In this document: piece after piece, positions 36,501 through 45,196 of the stretch
Layout: each line of letters begins with the position of its first letter
Position numbering within the stretch: position 1 is the stretch's first letter
Assembly (NCBI GenBank): GCA_032718475.1
Contig: JAUCBJ010007902.1
Location: 1 to 45,196 of the forward strand
From: Nemertoderma westbladi
Lineage: Eukaryota > Animalia > Xenacoelomorpha
Direction: 5' to 3'
DNA: 45,196 nucleotides
Position numbers and translations under genes: made by a program
The notes under the pieces: generated by a model
Database searches by the model: none
The model's input: the letters and a program-made list of their open reading frames with translations, nothing else
Told to the model about the DNA's origin: nothing

Positions 36501-39500
36501 TGTGTCGGTCTATCTAACATTATCTATATCGGTCTATCTAACATTATATATGTCGGTCTATCTAACATTATCTATATCGGTCTATCTAACATTATCTATG
36601 TCGGTCTATCTAACATTATCTATGTCGGTCTATCTAACATTATCTGTGTCGGTCTATCTAACATTCTCTATGTCGGTCTATCTAACATTCTCTATGTCGG
36701 TCTATCTAACATTTTCTATGTCGGTCTATCTAACATTCTCTATGTCGGTCTATCTAACATTTTCTATGTCGGTCTATCTAACATTCTCTATGTCGGTCTA
36801 TCTAACATTCTCTATGTCGGTCTATCTAACATTCTCTATGTCGGTCTATCTAACATTCTCTATGTCGGTCTATCTAACATTATCTATGTCGGTCTATCTA
36901 ACATACTCTATGTCGGTCTATCTAACATTCTCTATGCCGGTCTATCTAACATTCTCTATGTCGGTCTATCTAACATTATCTATGTCGGTCTATCTAACAT
37001 TATCTATGTCGGTCTATCTAACATTCACTATGTCGGTCTATCTAACATTCTCTATGTCGGTATATCTAACATACTCTATGTCGGTCTATCTAACATTCTC
37101 TATGTCGGTCTATCTAACATTCTCTATGTCGGTCTATCTAACATTATCTATGTCGGTCTATCTAACATTATCTATGTCGGTCTATCTAACATTATATATG
37201 TCGGTCTATCTAACATTCTCTATGTCGGTCTATCTAACATTATCTATGTCGGTCTATCTAACATTATCTATGTCGGTCTATCTAGCATTATATATGTCGG
37301 TCTATCTAACATTATCTATGTCGGTCTATCTAACATTATATATGTCGGTCTATCTAACATTATCTATGTCGGTCTATCTAACATTATCTATGTCGGTCTA
37401 TCTAACATTATATGTGTCGGTCTATCTAACATTCTCTATGTCGGTCTATCTAACATTCTCTATGTCGGTCTATCTAACATACTCTATGTCGGTCTATCTA
37501 ACATTATCTATGTCGGTCTATCTAACATTCTCTATGTCGGTCTATCTAACATTCTCTATGTCGGTCTATCTAACATTATCTATGTCGGTCTATCTAACAT
37601 TATATATGTCGGTCTATCTAACATTATCTATGTCGGTCTATCTAACATTATCTGTGTCGGTCTATCTAACATTATCTATATTATATGTGTCGGTCTATCT
37701 AATATTCTCTATGTCGGTCTATCTAACATTATCTGTGTCGGTCTATCTAACATTCTCTATGTCGGTCTATTTAACATTATCTGTGTCGGTCTATCAAACA
37801 TTCTCTATGTCGGTCTATCTAACATTATCTGTGTCGGTCTATCTAACATTCTCTATGTCGGTCTATCTAACATTATCTGTGTCGGTCTATCTAACATTAT
37901 CTATGTCGGTCTATCTAACATTATCTATGTCGGTCTATCTAACATTATATATGTCGGTCTATCTAACATTATCTATGTCGGTCTATCTAACATTATCTAT
38001 GTCGGTCTATCTAACATTATCTATGTCGGTCTATCTAACATTCTCTATGTCGGTCTATCTAACATTATCTATATCGGTTTATCTAACATTATCTATGTCG
38101 GTCTATCTAACATTATATATGTCGGTCTATCTAACATTATCTATGTCGGTCTATCTAACATTCTCTCTATGTCGGTCTATCTAACATTCTCTATGTCGGT
38201 CTATCTAACATTATCTGTGTCGGTCTATCTAACATTATCTATATCGGTTTATCTAACATTATCTATGTCGGTCTATCTAACATTATCTGTGTCGGTCTAT
38301 CTAACATTATCTATATCGGTTTATCTAACATTCTCTATGTCGGTCTATCTAACATTATATATGTCGGTCTATCTAACATTATCTATGTCGGCCTATCTAA
38401 CATTCTCTATGTCGGTCTATCTAGCATTATCTATGTCGGTCTATCTAACATTATCTATGTCGGTCTATCTAACATTATCTATGTCGGTCTATCTAACATT
38501 CTCTCTATGTCGGTCTATCTAACATTATCTATGTCGGTCTATCTAACATTCTCTATGTCGGTCTATCTAACATTATTTATGTCGGTCTATCTAACATTCT
38601 CTATGTCGGTCTATCTAACATTATCTATGTCGGTCTATCTAACATTCTCTATGTCGGTCTATCTAACATTATCTATGTCGGTCTATCTAACATTATATAT
38701 GTCGGTCTATCTAACATTCTCTATGTCGGTCTATCTAACATTATCTATGTCGGTCTATCTAACATTATCTATGTCGGTCTATCTAACATTATATATGTCG
38801 GTCTATCTAACATTATCTATGTCGGTCTATCTAACATTATCTATGTCGGTCTATCTAACATTATCTATGTCGGTCTATCTAACATTCTCTATGTCGGTCT
38901 ATCTAACATTATCTATGTCGGTCTATCTAACATTATCTGTGTCGGTCTATCTAACATTATCTATGTTATATGTGTCGGTCTATCTAATATTCTCTATGTC
39001 GGTCTATCTAACATTATCTATGTCGGTCTATCTAACATTATATATGTCGGTCTATCTAACATTCTCTATGTCGGTCTATCTAACATTATCTATGTCGGTC
39101 TATCTAACATTCTCTATGTCGGTTTATCTAACATTATCTGTGTCGGTCTATCTAACATTCTCTATGTCGGTCTATCTAACATTATATATGTCGGTCTATC
39201 TAACATTCTCTATGTCGGTCTATCTAACATTATCTATGTCGGTCTATCTAACATTATCTATGTTATATGTGTCGGTCTATCTAATATTCTCTATGTCGGT
39301 CTATCTAACATTCTCTATGTCGGTCTATCTAACATTATATATGTCGGTCTATCTAACATTCTCTATGTCGGTCTATCTAACATTATCTGTGTCGGTCTAT
39401 CTAACATTCTCTATGTCGGTCTATTTAACATTATCTGTGTCGGTCTATCAAACATTCTCTATGTCGGTCTATCTAACATTATCTGTGTCGGTCTATCTAA

Positions 39501-40042
39501 CATTCTCTATGTCGGTCTATCTAACATTATCTGTGTCGGTCTATCTAACATTATCTATGTCGGTCTATCTAACATTATCTATGTTATATGTGTCGGTCTA
39601 TCTAACATTCTCTCTATGTCGGTCTATCTAACATTATCTATGTCGGTCTATCTAACATTCTCTATGTCGGTCTATCTAACATTATCTATGTCGGTCTATC
39701 TAACATTCTCTATATCGGTCTATCTAACATTCTCTATGTCGGTCTATCTCACATTATCTGTGTCGGTCTATCTAACATTATCTATGTCGGTCTATCTAAC
39801 ATTATCTATGTTATATGTGTCGGTCTATCTAACATTCTCTCTATGTCGGTCTATCTAACATTATCTATGTCGGTATATCTAACATTCTCTATGTCGGTCT
39901 ATCTAACATTATATATGTCGGTCTATCTAACATTCTCTATGTCGGTCTATCTAACATTATCTGTGTCGGTCTATCAAACATTCTCTATGTCGGTCTATCT
40001 AACATTATCTGTGTCGGTCTATCTAACATTCTCTATGTCGGT
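27525..40042. repeat. 24-bp satellite (~520 units) CTATGTCGGTCTATCTAACATTCT filling Crk intron 2
   Basis: 8-aa ORF periodicity (MSVYLTFS / YVGLSNIL) equals 24 bp; contains a 3228-bp internal tandem duplication. Confidence 0.98.
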
Positions 40043-40405
40043 AATACGTAGTTAGTTTATCAAAACCCTCAAGCACTGATAATCAACTGCTACAAATAAT
40101 TAATATACGATAAAATAATGTAAGTATCATCGACCATTTGTATTTAGGGTGTGTTATACTCTGTTCAGGGGTATATCGACCCGTGTGCGTAGGTTTGGTG
40201 TACCAAGATGTAGCGAAACCGTTTCTGGTACGTTTATCCAAAACATCCAAAAAAGGAATGCTAGCATCCTTTTGCCAATTCTACAGTAAATTTCGCATTT
40301 GGTTCCAAAGAGTTCATAAAATCTAAAAATCTTGATTTAGTTCTTATTATTCTTATGGTTATGTAATATTTATCGTACGATTAATATTTCGTTGTATCTT
40401 TATAG

Positions 40406-40633
<228 letters not shown>

Positions 40634-40644
40634 TGAGGCAGTGT

Positions 40645-40734
40645 TGGTTGGGGGTGAAGTGAAAAAGGGGACCAATGAGATGGGGAGATTGGGGGGGGGG
40701 AGGGGGGGGTAAGGGAAAAAGGGGGGCGCATGGG
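40645..40734 (+). other. G-tract-rich segment (potential G-quadruplex)
   Basis: Multiple runs of 4 or more G, including two long runs at ~40691-40709, just downstream of the Crk exon 3 donor. Confidence 0.55.
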
Positions 40735-41064
40735 TAACCCTGCAACCCACTCAATACCCGCATTGGACTGGTTTGCGGAATACCCTGTCGCTACCGTTTC
40801 GAACTGCCGCGCCGAATCGACGGAGATGTGGTCGACGAGTGGATTTAGCCTCTACTGCTTTCGTCGGGGAAGAAGATCTTTGGTCTCCTCTACACGAACT
40901 AGAGGCCTAATCGCCAAACTCTGTCTTCTCTCTCTGGCTGGGGATATTGAGATTGAGACCAACCCAGGACCCAGCAGGACGCGGGCCGCAAAGATCAACT
41001 GTCCCGTCTGTCAACGAGGAACAAACTCTCGGAGTAAGATCGTCCAATGCAAGAGTTGTGACAC
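40730..41064 (+). mobile_element. Fragment of a LINE ORF N-terminus with 2A-like motif and the start of a PHD finger
   Basis: Reads LCLLSLAGDIEIETNPGP followed by CPVC...IVQCKSCD; the hydrophobic helix-GD(V/I)ExNPGP-PHD arrangement is known from CR1/L2-group elements. Truncated near 41064. Confidence 0.7.
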
Positions 41065-41642
41065 ATTTATACTAGGTATACACATACAAGGGAAAAAATT
41101 ATAATTTTTTTCACTATTCTCGAGGCATTTTATTTACCGAGCGACAGCGAGGTTAATAAAGGGTCGATCGATAGGTTACTTTTTTCCCTAGTGAAAAAAA
41201 CAATCCTTTTTATCCCTATTTTAGGGTATATTCAAGTGAAAAAATAACAATTTAAAAATTAAATATTTATTTTCATCGATTGAAAGGTGTCGTTAATACA
41301 TTAACAATAAGTCATTTACTAATCACATTAATGTTCTGCTTTTTTATGTATCTCCCATTCGTAGTTAAGGGAGTTACTTTTTTACAATCACCTATTATTA
41401 AGAATTGTATTATTTCTGCTTGTTATCCGTGGATACTTTGCCTCTATTTCTTCCACATATTACATTTTCTATATTCTAAATATCGCAATGTGTGTGTATA
41501 TTATATATATATATATATATATATTATCCTTTCAATTAAGATAGAAATGCATATTTGTATGCAAAATGGAGACTGTTTAAAATATAAAGTAAAATCGGGG
41601 TTGCCCGGTAAAATCAGTTAAATTATATCCCTACTGAGTATA

Positions 41643-44600
41643 TTTTTTTTTTTTTCCGGCCCTGTATTCGATAAACAATATTAAAATGCACAATATAATT
41701 ATGATTACCTACGCTAAAAACTACAATCTAAAAACTACAATCTACTGCATTATCTCGCGATAAACGTACAAGAAGAACTTATTTTTCGTCTATCGAGAGA
41801 AATTAATTTATAATTTACTATTTAATATTTGTGTGAAAGAAAATAAATGTACCTGTGAACAGAAATAACTACCAGATTTATTGAGTTTCAATTAAGTGTT
41901 GCTTTAGTGCCTTCTTGAACATTTGGGCAGAGCCTTTGAACCGTTGCAAACTGTCAGGAAGTTCATTCCATAAATTAAGACCCCTGTATAGTAAGTGTGA
42001 GCGAGCAAAATTAGTACGTGGTGATGGTAATCTATAATGGAATTGCTGTCTAGTTTTCCGTCCGTGAATACTGATATTAGTTACCATTTTTATCTTAAAA
42101 TTTTTGGGTACAAAACAGTAGTTCATGCGGTAGTTGTATATCGTTTTCAAACTGAGGAATTTGTACATTGAATTAATTTTAAGAAATTTATGATTTGAAA
42201 AAATTGATTGTGTTGGGTGTCGGTATGGTTTTAATTCAACGATGCGGACAGCTTTCTTTTGTAGCCGGACTAGAGGATTAAGAGTGCTGTCATTAATATT
42301 ACAATTACCCCAAACAGTTAAAGCATACGATATATAAGGTTCTACCAATGTATTATATAGGAGCTTCCTAATCTGTATTGGAACGAAATGCTTGATCTTA
42401 TTTATTACACCTACGTTTTTTGATACTTTTATGCGAATATTTTGTATATGTAAATGCCATGAGAAATTTGATTGGAGGTGAATACCAAGAAATTTAATAT
42501 TTTCAGTATAGTTTATTGTTCGCCCATCGATTTTGACCCCTGTGTTTTTTGGATTATATGGCTTCATTGAGAACACCATATATTTTGTTTTATCGAGATT
42601 TAAAGATAGTTTATTTAAGCAAATCCATTGATATATTATATGTATTTCTTTGTTCATTGTTGAAATCAGATCATGTACGTTTTCGCCTGAAATAAATAAG
42701 TTTGTATCATCAGCGAAGAGTATGAAATTTACGATTTTTGAAGAATTTGAGATGTCATTTATGTAAATTAAAAATAAAATTGGGCCAAGGACAGACCCCT
42801 ACGGAACTCCACATATCACATCAAGTGTATCTGAAATTGTTCCATTTAAATCAACGTATTGGGTTCGATTGTGGAGATAGCTGGAAAACCATGCTAATGG
42901 GGTTCCGCGTACACCGTAATGCTCAAGTTTTTTTAATAGGATTGAATGATTAACGGTATCAAAGGCTTTGCTAAAATCCAAGAAAACACCAAGTGTAAGA
43001 TGTTTATTTTCAATAGCATCTGACAAATTAGATTGCAGGAGAGTGAGAGCTGTTATAGTTGATTTTTCCGATTGAAATCCGAACTGATTTTCATAAATAA
43101 TAGAGTTTTTTTTCATGAAGTTTACGAATTGTCGAGAAACAGCCTTTTCTAGAATTTTCGAAAAAAATGGGAGTATACTTATAGGACGGTAATTTCCAAA
43201 TTGATCGGCGTTACTATGTTTGAAAATAGGTACAATTCTTGCCACTTTCATTAGATCTGGGAATATTCCCAGAGATAATGATTGATTAAGGATGTGTGTC
43301 AATGGATGGGCTATGTAGAGAAAGTTTTGCCGAGCGATTTGAGAATCAACACCGTCCGAACTCAAGGCTTTTGAATTGGTTATTGATGAGGCAATATCAT
43401 ATACATCTTTAGTACTTAGTGGTGAAAAGTATAGTGAGGATGCGGTTTGGTTACCTAGGGTATCATATATGGAACCATTAGTATTAGGAATATTTTTCGC
43501 TAAGTTTGGACCTACATTACGATAAAAGTTATTGAATCCATTTGCAATCGCTGTGTTATTCCTAATTGACGAATTGTTTACTGTAAATGTATCAGGATAG
43601 TTTTGAGGCGAGCATGAGGCTCGGGGATTTATAAGTGTTTTTATTATTTTCCAGGTTTTCATCGTATTATTTCTATGAATATTAAATAATTTCTCAAAAT
43701 AAGCTTTTTTTGCATTCCTAATTATTTTAGTAAGTTGGTTTTTATAAGCCGTATATTCTATTTTTTTGCTTAGAGATCTGCTATTAATGTATTTTGCATA
43801 TAGTGCATGCTTACGTTTGATACATTTATAAATACTTTCAGATAGCCAAGGTTTATCGCTATTTATTATCTTTATTTTTTTAGTGGGAAAACATTTGTTA
43901 TATAGCTTCTGATATATTTCAATAAACGTATTGTAAGCAATATTGGGGTCACTTTCTTGCGTAACTTCTTCCCAGCCTCCATTGTTAAAAGTTTGTTTAA
44001 GGATCTCCACAAATTTTTTACTGTTTGTTTCCGATCTATCCGTAACTAAGATGTAAGATGGTTTACTATGTTTACTGGGAATTGTTATTTCAGAATTGAC
44101 AAATATGGGTAGATGGTCAGATAAACTGGCTACAATTATTCCAGATTTACGAATGTTTGTAATATCGTTTGTTATGATATTATCAATACAGGTTGCAGTA
44201 GTTTCCGTTATACGAGTTGGTTTGGTAATAACAGGATAAAAAAACTGTTCTGATAGTAGTTCAAAAAAATCAGTTGGTTGTTTATGGATATTAACTCCTA
44301 ACATATCTATGTTAAAGTCGCCAAGAAGGTAACAAATTTTATTTTCTGTATTAATCTGTTCTAAAATGTGCTTTAATTTCCTTAGAAAGCCAATTACATC
44401 TTTTGTAGGTGGACGATATATACATCCTATGATAATATTTTTTGCATTTTCTCGATCCCACTCGGCAAAAACTGACTCCAAATCAGGCTCATCTTTCTCG
44501 AGATCGTGGCGGGGTTTGCAATTCAAGTTATTGCTTAAATAGAGACTACATCCCCCGCCACGTTGATTGGCACGAGGTTTGCTATGGTAAATTTTGTATC

Positions 44601-45196
44601 CATCCAGCTGATAGTCATTAAGGTTGTCCTTTTTCAACCAAGTTTCAGTTAGAGCAATTGCGGAAAAGGGTTTCTCTATTATTTGTAATAAATCGTATAG
44701 ATTATGAAAATTCTTCGGAACACTCCTTATATTCGTATGAAAAAGAGACAATCCATTTTCTTGCTGATTTTTTAAGTTAAAATCTGTTGACACCAAATTG
44801 TTAAAGTAACGACATTGAATTTTAGTGTAAATGTTATTTAGTATATTGCTATCTGGATTATTGTCTCTGTCAAATTCAAAATTGGTGTCACCTGCATTCA
44901 AATCTGTCAGTCTAACTGTATTAGAGGTTAAAAGGTCAATATCGATTATCGAAGGCAATCGATAGTCGTATATTGTTAAAAGAAACTCATCTTCGTCTAT
45001 AATATTTGTGAAAGGCAGTGCATTAAAAATACAATGTGGGCAAAACCAAATGGACTGAGATAAGAGTTGTTTAAATTCTGAAAATTTAAGAGATGGGATA
45101 CAACGGTAGTGAACAAATTGCTTACAAGCAGCACATTTCAATTTAGAGATATTGGAGCTTTTTATTAATTTAGTGCAATAGTGGCAAGTGCTATTT
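41643..45196 (-). mobile_element. CR1/L2/Crack-group LINE: PHD finger, APE endonuclease and RT, one premature stop, 3' UTR and poly(A); 5' end outside window
   Basis: PHD (CHYC..CAAC...HYRC...WFCPHC); APE (NIRS, LTETWL, GGG, IYRPP, GDFN, PTR, CIDNI, SDH); RT (NYRPIS, QFGF, FLDFSKAFDTV, GVP*GSVLGP, FADDT, FLGI). ORFs 42799-45141 and 41878-42657 are in the same frame. A-tail is the T-run at 41643-41655. Confidence 0.93.

Noticed and set aside
14397-40042. CRISPR-like arrays
   Set aside because: Units are head-to-tail with no unique spacers, there are no cas genes, and the context is spliced eukaryotic genes.
27531-40055. Very long ORFs (up to 2054 aa) of MSVYLTFS/YVGLSNIL repeats
   Set aside because: Translation of the 24-bp satellite in Crk intron 2; frames switch at indels with no sign of coding constraint.
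41065-41642. Non-autonomous DNA transposon truncating the 2A fragment
   Set aside because: Only weak end similarity (TATACT...AGTATA) and a small internal hairpin; TIR and TSD could not be established.

Overview
Animal (most likely invertebrate) nuclear DNA, roughly 60% tandem repeat, not a prokaryotic region. Two spliced host genes lie on the + strand. The first is an alpha-neurexin-like gene: two exons encoding the end of LNS/LamG domain 5 (<1-277 and 11389-11540), plus a candidate frame-preserving 30-nt micro-exon (11725-11754). The second is a Crk/CrkL-type SH2-SH3 adaptor (exons 24381-24541, 27336-27477, 40406-40621, continuing past the window). The neurexin exons expected next (EGF3, LNS6, transmembrane) are not found before Crk starts, so Crk may be a same-strand nested gene, or the neurexin is broken here. 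Introns are filled with satellites of 33, 30, 14, 9, 31, 44, ~10 and 24 bp; all the long periodic ORFs in the track are artefacts of these arrays. Mobile elements include a 5'-truncated RTE LINE with a TSD inside the 31-bp satellite, CR1/L2-group LINE fragments (one with a damaged 2A/StopGo motif), and a PHD-APE-RT LINE inactivated by one nonsense codon. The most unusual feature is a pair of diverged ~2.2-kb non-coding elements (19186-~21334 and 21485-23725). The second has TG...CA ends and a 5-bp TSD like a solo LTR. Both keep a minus-strand Pol II promoter (TATA, CCAAT, C/EBP-ATF, CArG) followed by ~1.6 kb containing conserved RNA stems, including a G-U-rich pre-miRNA-like hairpin with identical arms and a variable loop.
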